Shown: positions 37,309 through 46,137 of the stretch, piece by piece
Layout: every line of letters starts with the position of its first letter
How positions within the stretch are numbered: position 1 is the stretch's first letter
Assembly (NCBI GenBank): GCA_963783305.1
Contig: CAWAMW010000017.1
Location: forward strand, 1-64,000
DNA: 64,000 nt
Origin: an uncultured Gemmatimonadales bacterium
Lineage (GTDB): Bacteria; Gemmatimonadota; Gemmatimonadetes; Longimicrobiales; RSA9
Reading direction: 5' to 3'
Made by a program: the position numbers and the translations under genes
The notes under the pieces: model-generated
Database searches by the model: none
Told to the model about the DNA's origin: nothing
The model's input: only the letters and a program-made list of their open reading frames with translations

Positions 37309-37626
37309 TTAGGCGATGTCGTACCCCGCGCCCTCGCCGTCGAGTGTCCCATCGGGGGGACGGTCGGGCGTGTCGCTTCGACACGTTCGGAGCCAGCGGC
37401 GGTAGCCCGGGAGGGCGAGGTGCTGGAAGATGAGCTCGTCCACGGCGTCGCGGAGGAGGATCTCGGTGAGGGGGTACTGTCCATCGGGGGTGCCGAAGAG
37501 CTCGTCGACGGCGCGGTCGGCGAGGGAGAGGAGCTCTTCGCGGGTGAGAGCGGACTTGTAGTCCTCGATTCGGTCTTCGACCCAGTCGAGGTATTCCTGT
37601 CTGGGGGAGGGTGGAGTGAGGGTCAT
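37309..37626 (-). CDS. Hypothetical protein (105 aa)
   Basis: ATG overlaps the upstream stop (ATGA); helical, protein-like sequence. Confidence 0.75.
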   Translation of the reverse strand: MTLTPPSPRQEYLDWVEDRIEDYKSALTREELLSLADRAVDELFGTPDGQYPLTEILLRDAVDELIFQHLALPGYRRWLRTCRSDTPDRPPDGTLDGEGAGYDIA

Positions 37627-38222
37627 GGGCGGGCGTCACGGAGGATGTCGCGCGCGACGTCAGCGGGTGAGCGTCCCTGGTTGCGTGCCCGTTCGAGGAG
37701 GAGGGAAGCGGCGGCGGCGGGCCGTGTGCCGGCGGCCATGAGCTCGACCGCGCGGGCGGTGGTGGCGCGGTCCTGTTCATCCGGAAAGGGCGCGGCGCCG
37801 TCCGATTCGTTGTCGACGGCGCGATCGAGCCAGTCCTGGAATCCCGCGCGAGCGGCGGCGAGAGCGGCGCCGATCTCGTCGAGGCCGGCGGGCTTGATCA
37901 GGACGTCGAAGACGGGCGGCCGGGGTAGCGGATCCGGTAGATCGGCGGTGCCCACACCGGTGAGGAGCACGATGGGAGTGGGGGCGACCTCGAAGAGTGC
38001 GATGGCGGCGTCGAGTCCGGATCGGCCGGGCATGCGGACGTCGAAGAGCGCGACATCGACGGGAAAGCATGCACCGAGTGCGACGGCCTCATCGCCATCG
38101 CGGGCGGGGCCGAGGACGCGGTAGTCGAGGGCCTCGAGCTGGGCCCGGAGCGCCATGCTCGCGAGCGGCTCGTCCTCGGCGATCAGGACGAGGGGCCGGG
38201 GGTCGTGGTCCTGGGCGGTCAC
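37623..38222 (-). CDS. Response regulator with ANTAR-like output domain
   Basis: VLIAEDE, FDVRMP, LLT, IKP; C-terminal ARAVELM...A..LL..ARNQGRSPADVARDIL; GTGA overlap at the start. Confidence 0.75.
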   Translation of the reverse strand: MTAQDHDPRPLVLIAEDEPLASMALRAQLEALDYRVLGPARDGDEAVALGACFPVDVALFDVRMPGRSGLDAAIALFEVAPTPIVLLTGVGTADLPDPLPRPPVFDVLIKPAGLDEIGAALAAARAGFQDWLDRAVDNESDGAAPFPDEQDRATTARAVELMAAGTRPAAAASLLLERARNQGRSPADVARDILRDARP

Positions 38223-39112
38223 GGCTCGCGCTCCTGATCGGCGTCGGACACCACCACCGCCTCGAACCCCTGGCTCCGGATGCGACCGAGGAGCGCCGAG
38301 GCGTCTCCCGAGTGGGTGAACCGACCGACCCGGACCCTGAGCAGGTCGTTTCTCGGGACGCGAACCTGCCGGGGCGAGAACCCCGCGCGCTGAAGCCGCT
38401 CCACGAGGGCGTCCGCGGTGGCTTGCTGCCGGAACGCCCCGGTCTGCACGGACCACTTGCCCGTGGCCGCTGGCTGCGCCGTTTCCGGAGCGGTGGAAGC
38501 GGCCGCGACGGAGGTGCTGGCGGCTGCGGGGGCGGGGGCGGGGGCGGCGCCGTCGAGGGCGCACGCAGCGCCGGCCTCGATCCGGAGCATGGCGGCGAGC
38601 TGCGGATCGAGGGCGTCCTCTAGCCCGGCCCGCGCGGCGGAGCAGGCGGCGGCGGAGCGGCGCGCGGCGTTCTGGGCACGGGCGAGCCAGAGGAGGCTCA
38701 CCGGTCTCTGCCCGTAGCCCGGGTAGTCCGTGGTGAGGCGATCGAGATAGGCGGCAGCGCGGGTGGCATCGCCCGTGGCGAGGAGCCCCTGTCCGAGGCG
38801 GAGCAGCGCGTCGGCCGCGAAGGGAGAGGCCGGATAGCCGAGGACCACGGCGAGGTAGTCGGCCTCGGCGTCCTTCGGGTCGGGCTGGAGCCGGGCGCGG
38901 AGCGTGAGGGCGCGGGGCATCTCCGCGCCCTGACCACCGCCCCGGCCCCGCGTCTCCCACCAGTTGTCGAGAGTGGTGCGGGCGCCGTCATAGTCCCCAA
39001 GGGTGATGAGGCTGTCCACGCGCGGCAGCGACGGCGTCTGTGCGCTGGCGGCCGCCGGCATCCCGGCGCAGGCCACGAGGGCCAGAACGGTGGCGCGGGT
39101 CCGGGCGCTCAT
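38219..39112 (-). CDS. Secreted TPR + SPOR domain protein
   Basis: Signal peptide; TPR-like YPASPFAADALLRLG; SPOR WSVQTGAF...RVRVGRF. Confidence 0.85.
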   Translation of the reverse strand: MSARTRATVLALVACAGMPAAASAQTPSLPRVDSLITLGDYDGARTTLDNWWETRGRGGGQGAEMPRALTLRARLQPDPKDAEADYLAVVLGYPASPFAADALLRLGQGLLATGDATRAAAYLDRLTTDYPGYGQRPVSLLWLARAQNAARRSAAACSAARAGLEDALDPQLAAMLRIEAGAACALDGAAPAPAPAAASTSVAAASTAPETAQPAATGKWSVQTGAFRQQATADALVERLQRAGFSPRQVRVPRNDLLRVRVGRFTHSGDASALLGRIRSQGFEAVVVSDADQEREP

Positions 39113-40119
39113 GCCGCGGCCTTCCGATCGTGCTGCAGGCGCAGCAGCAGCTCTTCCATGATCTGCGACTCGGTGAGCGGCGCCGACTTGAGCAGCCGAT
39201 CGGCGCGGGCGAGGTGCTCGAGCCCCCGCTCCACCTGCTCCGCGGTCCACCCGCGCGCCTGGCCCACGACTCGCCCGGCCAGCCAGCGCTGGTGTCGCGG
39301 CAGCGCCGACTCCAGAGCGCGCTTCCCGCCCGCCACGCACACGGCGACCCGGAGCAGCTGGTTGGCCAGCCCGATGACGAGGCCCACCCCACTGTCTCCA
39401 GTCTCCAGCAGGATCGGGAAGGTCCGGCGCGCCTCCTCGATGCGGCCCTCGGCCACCATATCGATCCACTCCCAGCGATCCTGTCGCGAGATCGACCCCA
39501 CTACCGCTTCCACGTCCTCGCGGCGGATGACCGCACGCTCGCCCACATACTCCCGCAGCTTCTCCAACTCCTTCACCATCATCGCCAGGTCACCGCCGAT
39601 GGCGGTGGCGATGGCCCGCGCCGCGTCCGGCTCCAGCACCAGTCCATCGCGCTTCGCCGCGGCCATGAGCCAGCCGGGGAGGTCGGCGTCGGAGAGACGC
39701 GGGAACTCCACCGACACGGTTTCCTTCCGGAGCGTCTTCCAGATCTTGGCCTTGCTCGAGCTGATGTCCGCCTTGAGGATCAGCGCGAGACCGGGCGGCG
39801 GCGCCGCGGCCACATCCTCCAGGATCTTCCGGGACGTGGAGCTGCCAGCCAACGCCTGCGTGTCGTGGACGACCACCACGCGCCACTCCGCCATCATGGG
39901 CGGCGTCTGGATCAGGGATGCCAGCGTCTCCGGCGTGACATCCGTACCCCGGACCTCGTCCAGATTGAAGTCGCGCGTGCCCTCCTCGAGGTGCGCCGCC
40001 ACGAGCTTGCGAGTCGCAAGCTCCTTCAGGTGCTCCTCATCGCCGTGCAGAAAGAAAACGCCCCCCCGTCCCCCCTCCTGGAGGTGGCGGATGAGGCGCT
40101 CGTGGCTCAGGGCCGGCAT
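39109..40119 (-). CDS. holA: DNA polymerase III delta subunit
   Basis: VFFLHGDEEHL, DFNLD, TPPMMAEWRVVVV, GGDL...ELEKL, ADRLLKS. Confidence 0.9.
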   Translation of the reverse strand: MPALSHERLIRHLQEGGRGGVFFLHGDEEHLKELATRKLVAAHLEEGTRDFNLDEVRGTDVTPETLASLIQTPPMMAEWRVVVVHDTQALAGSSTSRKILEDVAAAPPPGLALILKADISSSKAKIWKTLRKETVSVEFPRLSDADLPGWLMAAAKRDGLVLEPDAARAIATAIGGDLAMMVKELEKLREYVGERAVIRREDVEAVVGSISRQDRWEWIDMVAEGRIEEARRTFPILLETGDSGVGLVIGLANQLLRVAVCVAGGKRALESALPRHQRWLAGRVVGQARGWTAEQVERGLEHLARADRLLKSAPLTESQIMEELLLRLQHDRKAAA

Positions 40120-40123
40120 CAGG

Positions 40124-40750
40124 TCAATCGGGCGTTGGGTGCGTGGAGAGCGAGACTCGCGTCCAGGACGGCCCGGCTCGGTACGCCGGCTGCCCCATTA
40201 CCAGTGGAGAATACGACGAGGAAGCCGTCCGGTCTACCCTCTCCGACCCCCACGGCCTCGCCTCCCCGGGTCCCATGGCCAGAACAGAAGGCGGGAGCCC
40301 GCGGGCCGCTCCCGACACACGGTCGTCATCCCGCCACGTGCGCGGGGGCGCGGCCGAGGCGTGCGTGCGCGAGTCCGCGGCCACTCCCGGGGACCACCCG
40401 TCGAGGCCCGTACTCACTCCTGCGATGGCGGCGGCCGCGGCCGCCGCCATCAGCAGCGCCATCACCGGGGGCGCAGACGCCACCTGCCACGACCTGTTCG
40501 TGAACCGCCCCCGCTCCGTGCCAGGCCCCGGACCGCCCCCCAGACGCATGTGGAGCCGCGGGCCGAACGCGCCCGACGGCTCCACATCCGGCAGCTGGCG
40601 CGCCAGCATGCGGCCCTTCCTCAGGACGCGGTCATACCTCGTACACGCCGGACATGCCGACATGTGCGCCCGGAACCGCTCTGTCTCCGCATGCGAGATC
40701 AGGCTGTCGTCGTATTCGGAGTACCGCTGGAGAAATTCGCTGCAATTCAT
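40124..40750 (-). CDS. zf-HC2 anti-sigma factor
   Basis: MNCSEF...SEYDD...HMSACPAC; one hydrophobic segment. Confidence 0.8.
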   Translation of the reverse strand: MNCSEFLQRYSEYDDSLISHAETERFRAHMSACPACTRYDRVLRKGRMLARQLPDVEPSGAFGPRLHMRLGGGPGPGTERGRFTNRSWQVASAPPVMALLMAAAAAAAIAGVSTGLDGWSPGVAADSRTHASAAPPRTWRDDDRVSGAARGLPPSVLAMGPGEARPWGSERVDRTASSSYSPLVMGQPAYRAGPSWTRVSLSTHPTPD

Positions 40751-40780
40751 GGATTCTGCTCAGGTGCGTGTTCGGTCCAT

Positions 40781-40808
40781 CTACCGGGGGCGCGAGGGAA
40801 AGGTTCCT
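40781..40808 (-). promoter_or_regulatory. Putative ECF promoter upstream of the anti-sigma gene
   Basis: GGAAC-N17-CGGTAG on the minus strand, 30 bp before ATG 40750. Confidence 0.45.
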
Positions 40809-40958
40809 GGCGGGAGCGCCGCTGGCGCGGTGCGGAGAGCGACTTCGGCGCGGAGGAGCGCCAATTGCGCGGCGCGGGATGCGCGAAGCCCGCCGCTCCC
40901 TGCCAGGAGAACGACGGGCTCCGCGTACTGTCCAGGTCCCCCCGGGCCCGGCCCTGCG

Positions 40959-41591
40959 TCAGTCGATGAGGGGCGCGATCATCTCGGCGAAGGCGTTCCG
41001 TGCCCGGTTCAGACGGCTCTTCACCGTTCCCAGGTTTACGCCGGTGATCTCGGAGATCTCCTCGTACGACTTCCCCTCCAGCTCCCGCAGCACGAACACC
41101 ACCCGATGGTGCTCCGGCAGCCGCGCCACGACCTCGTCCACCCGGTCCTTCAGGTCGCGCTTCCGGTACAGGTCGTCCGGACGGTACCGGTGATCTTCCC
41201 ACTCCAGCGGCCGGTGGTCGGCGTCCCAGTTCTTCTTGATGGTCTGGAACAGCACGAGCGGGTTACGTGACCGGTTGCGCAGCTCGTTCTTCGCCAGGTT
41301 CCCGGCGATCGTGTACGCCCACGTCGAGAACTTCCGGTTCTGGTCGTACCGGTGGAGGTGCTTGTGCACCCGCACGAACGTCTCCTGCACCAGGTCCTCC
41401 GACCGCTCCCGGTCGCCGATCATCCGATGGATGAAGTTCAGCAGACGAGCGTGGTAGCGGTCGGCCAGCACCGTGAACGCGCGGGCCTCACCAGCGAGGG
41501 TGGCCGCCGCGAGCGCTGGATCGCCCAGCTCCGCCAGCTCCTGCCCCCGAGTCCGTACCTCCACCTTCTGGATCTGTAGCGCTCGTGCCAT
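40959..41591 (-). CDS. ECF RNA polymerase sigma factor (RpoE/SigW-like)
   Basis: EDLVQETFVRV, KFSTWAYTIAGNLAKN, LRELEGKSYEEISEITGVNLGTVKSRLNRAR. Confidence 0.93.
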   Translation of the reverse strand: MARALQIQKVEVRTRGQELAELGDPALAAATLAGEARAFTVLADRYHARLLNFIHRMIGDRERSEDLVQETFVRVHKHLHRYDQNRKFSTWAYTIAGNLAKNELRNRSRNPLVLFQTIKKNWDADHRPLEWEDHRYRPDDLYRKRDLKDRVDEVVARLPEHHRVVFVLRELEGKSYEEISEITGVNLGTVKSRLNRARNAFAEMIAPLID

Positions 41592-41642
41592 GGCCCGCCC
41601 CCTCTCCGCGTCAATGACCTGCGTTCGCAGCACTATTGGGGG

Positions 41643-41658
41643 GCAGGAGCCGTACCAA
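41643..41658 (-). promoter_or_regulatory. Putative sigma54 promoter of the ECF sigma gene
   Basis: TTGGTACGGCTCCTGC (GG-N10-GC). Confidence 0.55.
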
Positions 41659-41892
41659 CAGGACGTAAAAGCGTAAACGGTTGTGTAGCAACGATTTTCG
41701 CCGGTAACTGCCAATGGATGGCACCGCTGATCGTCCCATACAGGGGACAGGGCGCGCTACCCGGAGAGGACAGTGGAGCCCCGTCAGGCCGGTGGGGGGA
41801 CCCTGGATGGTGGCGCCAGGGGCGGGGACCGCACCACCCGGCGACGGCGCGGAGGCCGCCCGTGCCGCGATACCGGGGCAGCGCCCGGCGCG

Positions 41893-42513
41893 TCAGCGGC
41901 CGAAGGCGTCGAACCAGAGGAGGGCGGAAAGGGACTTGCCGTCGATGATCTCGCCATCGCGGATCATGCGCCGGACCTCGGAGAGGGGTCGGGTGAGGAC
42001 CTCCATGAACTCGTCCTCGTCGGGGTCGGTGGAGCCGCGGGCGAGGTCGGTGGCCATGAACAGGTGGATCCGCTCATCGGTGAAGCCGGGGGTGGTGTAG
42101 ATGGTGGTGAGGAGACGGAGGGTGCCGGCGGCCCAGCCGGTCTCCTCTTCCAGCTCCCGCCGAGCGACGTCCTCCCACGGCTCGTCTTCGCGGTCGGGTC
42201 GCCCCGCGGGGATCTCGTAGATGTCGCCGCCGGCGGCATAGCGGAACTGGCGGAGCAGGACGATGTCGGGATCGGGGTCGTGGAGGTCGCCGAGGAGGGG
42301 CACGACGGCGGCGGCTCCGGAGTGGCGGACGAGTTCGAGCTCGCCAGTGGAGCCGTCGGGGTAGCGAGCGGTGTCCATGGAGAGGTGAACGATGCGACCG
42401 TCGTGGATGAGCCGGGACCCGAGCTGCCCCGGCTTGTCGGGCCCGATGCGACCGGCGGCCGCGGCGTCCACGAGCGCCGGACCCTCCTTTTCGGGCTGGC
42501 GGCTGTCGCTCAT
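41893..42513 (-). CDS. NUDIX hydrolase (ADP-ribose pyrophosphatase-like)
   Basis: RQFRY...EIPAG...ARRELEEETG, TTPGFTDE, IIDGKS. Confidence 0.9.
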   Translation of the reverse strand: MSDSRQPEKEGPALVDAAAAGRIGPDKPGQLGSRLIHDGRIVHLSMDTARYPDGSTGELELVRHSGAAAVVPLLGDLHDPDPDIVLLRQFRYAAGGDIYEIPAGRPDREDEPWEDVARRELEEETGWAAGTLRLLTTIYTTPGFTDERIHLFMATDLARGSTDPDEDEFMEVLTRPLSEVRRMIRDGEIIDGKSLSALLWFDAFGR

Positions 42514-43886
42514 GGCAATGCCTCGTGGACATGGACCTCACCCAGGCCGAGCTCCCGGAGCGGGCCCGCGATCTGCTCGGCGTCCCCCACGACGACGATG
42601 CTCATGGCGTCGGTGCGGATCGCCTCGCGGGCGACGCGGTGCACGTCTTCCCGGGTGACGGCGGCAATACGATCGCGATAGGAGGCGAAGTAGTCGGCGG
42701 GGAGATCGTAGACGAAGAGTCCGGAGATCTGAGAGGCGAGGGCGGCGGTGGTCTGGAGCCGGAGCGGGAGCACGCCCCGCATGTAGTCGCGGGCGTTGTC
42801 CAGCTCCTGTGCGTTGGGTCCGTCCTCCCGGAGCTCCCGGATCTCCTTCCATGCCTCCTCGATGGCGCGGGCGGTGACATCGCTGGCCACGGCGACATCG
42901 ATGGAGAAGGGGCCGGGCCGACGGCGGAAATCGAAGGAGCTGCGGGCGCCGTAGGTGAAGCCGTGGCGCTCGCGCAGGCTCATGTTGAGTCGGCTGGTGA
43001 ACGCACCCCCCAGGATGGTGTTCATGACGGTGAGGGGGAAGTAGTCGGGGTGGTGCCGATCGACGCCGACGTGCCCGAGTCGGATCTCCGACTGCACGGA
43101 CCCGGGCCGGTGGACGATCTCGATGCGGGTGGTCTCCGTGCGCGGACGCACTTCGAAATCGGCGCTGGGGGCGGCCTCTCCGCGCCAGTCGCCGAAGTGA
43201 CGGCCGGCGGCCTCGCGGGCTTCGCCCGGCTCGATCCGGCCGGTGATGACCAGAGCGGTGGAGCCGGCGCGGTAGCGGGCCTCGTGGAAGGCGCGGAGCT
43301 CCGCGGGCCCGAGTCCGCGAACGCTCTCCTCGCCTCCCAACAGCGGCCGGGCGTACGGAACGCCCTCGCCGAAAATGAAACGGGCGGCGGCATCGGAGGC
43401 GAGGGCGCGGGGCTCCTTCTTCCGCTGGAGGATGGCCGCGAGCTGCTCATCGCGGATCCGCTCCACGGGCCCGGCCGGGAAGGCGGGGTTGCGGACCACG
43501 TCCGCGAGCAGCTCGAGGGCGGGCTCGAGGCGGTCCCGGTTGACGGTGATGGCGACGGTGGCCGCGTCCCAGCCGGCGCTGGTCTCCAGCTGGACCCCGA
43601 GGCTCTCCAGCTCCCAGGCGAGCGCCTCCTCGTCGTGGGATGCGGTGCCGGCCTCGAGGGCCTCGGCGGTGAGGCGGGCCACGCCCGCACGCTCAACGCT
43701 CTCGGCGGCCGCCCCTCCCTCGACCACCACCTGCACGGTAACCAGGGGCAGGTCCCCGTGTCGCGCGGTCAGGAGCTCGGCGGAGTCGTCGCCGTCGAGG
43801 CGGTGGCGGTGGACCTCCGGGAAATCGAAGGTCCGGACGGGCCCTGGCGCGGGTGCCTGACCGCGGTCCAGCTTCGTGTCACTCAT
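42510..43886 (-). CDS. M16 peptidase, non-catalytic subunit
   Basis: Pitrilysin fold with ILGGAFTSRL...LRERHGFTYG; no HxxEH. Confidence 0.88.
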   Translation of the reverse strand: MSDTKLDRGQAPAPGPVRTFDFPEVHRHRLDGDDSAELLTARHGDLPLVTVQVVVEGGAAAESVERAGVARLTAEALEAGTASHDEEALAWELESLGVQLETSAGWDAATVAITVNRDRLEPALELLADVVRNPAFPAGPVERIRDEQLAAILQRKKEPRALASDAAARFIFGEGVPYARPLLGGEESVRGLGPAELRAFHEARYRAGSTALVITGRIEPGEAREAAGRHFGDWRGEAAPSADFEVRPRTETTRIEIVHRPGSVQSEIRLGHVGVDRHHPDYFPLTVMNTILGGAFTSRLNMSLRERHGFTYGARSSFDFRRRPGPFSIDVAVASDVTARAIEEAWKEIRELREDGPNAQELDNARDYMRGVLPLRLQTTAALASQISGLFVYDLPADYFASYRDRIAAVTREDVHRVAREAIRTDAMSIVVVGDAEQIAGPLRELGLGEVHVHEALP

Positions 43887-45157
43887 GCCGCACCTCCTTC
43901 CGGGACGTACACGATGGTGGCGGCCTGCCCGCTCCCCAGGTGCCGTCCTGCGAACGCCCGGATATCGTCGGCGCTCACGGCCCGTATGGCGTCGAGCTCC
44001 GTATTGATTCTGCCCGGGTCGTCGAACAGACAGGTGAACATGGAGAGCTGGTCGGCGCGCTCGTCCACCCGCTGGAGCGCATCGAGGTGGCCGGCCTCGA
44101 TGAGACGCACGGCGCGGGTGACCTCATCCTGCGAGACCTGTGAGAGCGCGGCCATCTCCTCATCGAGCGCGGTCTCCAGCTCGAGGGGATCCACGCCGGG
44201 GCGAGCGGTGGCCCATACCGCGAGCATCGCGGCGCCCACGACGATGGGGAACGCGGCCGCCACGACGTCCTGGGCCAACCGCCGCTCGCGAACGAGCCGC
44301 CGGTTCAGGCGAGCTGCGCGGCCGTAGGCGAGGATGTGGGCGGAAACGCCCGCGGGGTGCCAGGCGTCGTCGCCGTAGGGAGGGGTCCGGTACGCCTTGT
44401 AGATGCGCGCCAGCGAGATGTCCTGCTCGACCACGACCCGGACGGGCTCCTCGAGGGCGGTGGGGATCCCGGTGCGGCCGGGGATGGGCGGCACCGGGTC
44501 GCCCGCGGGGATCTCGCCGAACCACTTCCGGACGAGGTCGAGGGCGCGCTTCTCCTCGAAATCGCCACACAGGGTGAGGACGGCGTTGTTGGGCCGATAA
44601 TAGGTGCGGAAGAAGGTCTCGACGTCCTCGATCGACGCGGCATCCAGGTCCTCCATGGACCCGATTACCGAATGGTGGTACGGGTGGTCCTCGGGATAGA
44701 CCATCTCCTGGAGCCGCTCGTCCCAGTCGCCGTACGGCTGGTTATCGACCCGCCACCGGCGCTCGTTCTTCACCACGTCCCGCTGGTTGTCCAGCTTCTC
44801 CTGGGTCATGGAGCCCAGGAGCCAGCCCAGTCGGTCCGACTCCAGCCACAGTCCCAGCTCGAGGTAGTTGGCCGGCAGCGTCTCGAAGTAGTTGGTGCGA
44901 TCGAGCCACGTGGAGCCGTTCAGCGAACCACCCGCCTGCTCGATGTGGGCGAAGTGCGCGGTCTCCGGCACGTTCTCCGAACCCTGGAACATCATGTGCT
45001 CGAACAGGTGAGCGAAGCCGGTGCGGCCGGGGCGCTCATCGCGGGACCCCACGCGGTACCAGAGGTTGGTGGCGACCACGGGCACATTCGGGTCGGGCGA
45101 GAGGATCACCTCGAGACCGTTGTCGAGGCGGTGGCGGGAGAATGGGATCTGGATCAT
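43883..45157 (-). CDS. M16 peptidase, catalytic subunit
   Basis: LDNGL, GFAHLFEHMMF (HxxEH), NGST..DRTNY, VVKNERR. Confidence 0.92.
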   Translation of the reverse strand: MIQIPFSRHRLDNGLEVILSPDPNVPVVATNLWYRVGSRDERPGRTGFAHLFEHMMFQGSENVPETAHFAHIEQAGGSLNGSTWLDRTNYFETLPANYLELGLWLESDRLGWLLGSMTQEKLDNQRDVVKNERRWRVDNQPYGDWDERLQEMVYPEDHPYHHSVIGSMEDLDAASIEDVETFFRTYYRPNNAVLTLCGDFEEKRALDLVRKWFGEIPAGDPVPPIPGRTGIPTALEEPVRVVVEQDISLARIYKAYRTPPYGDDAWHPAGVSAHILAYGRAARLNRRLVRERRLAQDVVAAAFPIVVGAAMLAVWATARPGVDPLELETALDEEMAALSQVSQDEVTRAVRLIEAGHLDALQRVDERADQLSMFTCLFDDPGRINTELDAIRAVSADDIRAFAGRHLGSGQAATIVYVPEGGAA

Positions 45158-45180
45158 TGGTGGCTCTGGATCGGGGAGAT

Positions 45181-45208
45181 GGTTACGGGTTACGGATTAC
45201 GGGTTACG
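45181..45208. repeat. Heptamer tandem repeat (GGTTACG) x4
   Basis: ggttacg ggttacg gattacg ggttacg in the TPR-M16 intergenic gap. Confidence 0.8.
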
Positions 45209-45276
45209 AGTCACAGATTTCATAATTCGGGATAGGATCCCGGTTGGGAACGAGGTCGGACCGCCGGCGGGTCGGG

Positions 45277-46137
45277 TCACAGCGGTTGCTGGAGTCGCTC
45301 TCGGAGCGACGAGGGGGCGAGACTGCCCCGTAGCATCCGGGCGGCGGCCTCCGCTCCTGCGTGGACGGCGCTTTCGGTCTCCTGGATCAGCTTGATGTCC
45401 GCGCCCTCCGCGGCGTACTCGGATCGGACCAGCAGGTCTTCCGCCGCGTCCTCCCACCCCTGCCCGGCGGCTGCGAGGGCACCGATGAGCATGGCCTCGG
45501 CGTCGTGCTCCCGCTCCTGCGCGGCGCGCACCAGCTCCTCGGCCGCCTCCTCACCGCGATCGAGCTCAAGGAGGACCAGGCCCAGGAGCAGGCGCGTCCA
45601 GGAGTCGTCGGGCGCGAGCGCCAGGGCTTCCTCGAGCTCGAGCGCCCCATCCGCGGGCGCCCCCCGCAGCACGTGGGCGGCGCCCAGCTCCGCACGGACC
45701 ACCGGGTCGTCAGGGAGCAGGTCGCGGGCGGCACTGAGCTGCTCGAGGGCCTCGTCGTGGAGGCCCGCGCGGGAGAGGTACGCGCCGTAGTTGAGGCGCG
45801 CGAGCGGCAGGTCGGGCGCGGACAGGGCGGCGGCCCGCAGGGTGGCCTCGGCGTCCGGGTCGTCGAACTGGGCGAGACCGGCGCCGGCGAGGGCGAGGAT
45901 ATGCGGATCGGTGGGGTCGAGCTCGATACAGCGGCGGAACGCCTCGTAGGCAGCGCCCTCATTGTCGAGCTCGTTCTCGGCGACGCCGAGCCAGCAGAGG
46001 AGGTACGGGTCGTCCTCTTCCCGGTCCAGCGTCTCGGCCAGGAGAGTCGCCATCTCGTCCCAGCGCTCCTGCTCGCCCAGCTCGAGCGCCTCACGGAGCA
46101 CCGCCTCCATGTCGGTTCCGCCGCCGTCGTCTCTCAT
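45277..46137 (-). CDS. Tetratricopeptide repeat protein
   Basis: Repeated A..L.P.D...LG helical units; acidic. Confidence 0.85.
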   Translation of the reverse strand: MRDDGGGTDMEAVLREALELGEQERWDEMATLLAETLDREEDDPYLLCWLGVAENELDNEGAAYEAFRRCIELDPTDPHILALAGAGLAQFDDPDAEATLRAAALSAPDLPLARLNYGAYLSRAGLHDEALEQLSAARDLLPDDPVVRAELGAAHVLRGAPADGALELEEALALAPDDSWTRLLLGLVLLELDRGEEAAEELVRAAQEREHDAEAMLIGALAAAGQGWEDAAEDLLVRSEYAAEGADIKLIQETESAVHAGAEAAARMLRGSLAPSSLRERLQQPL

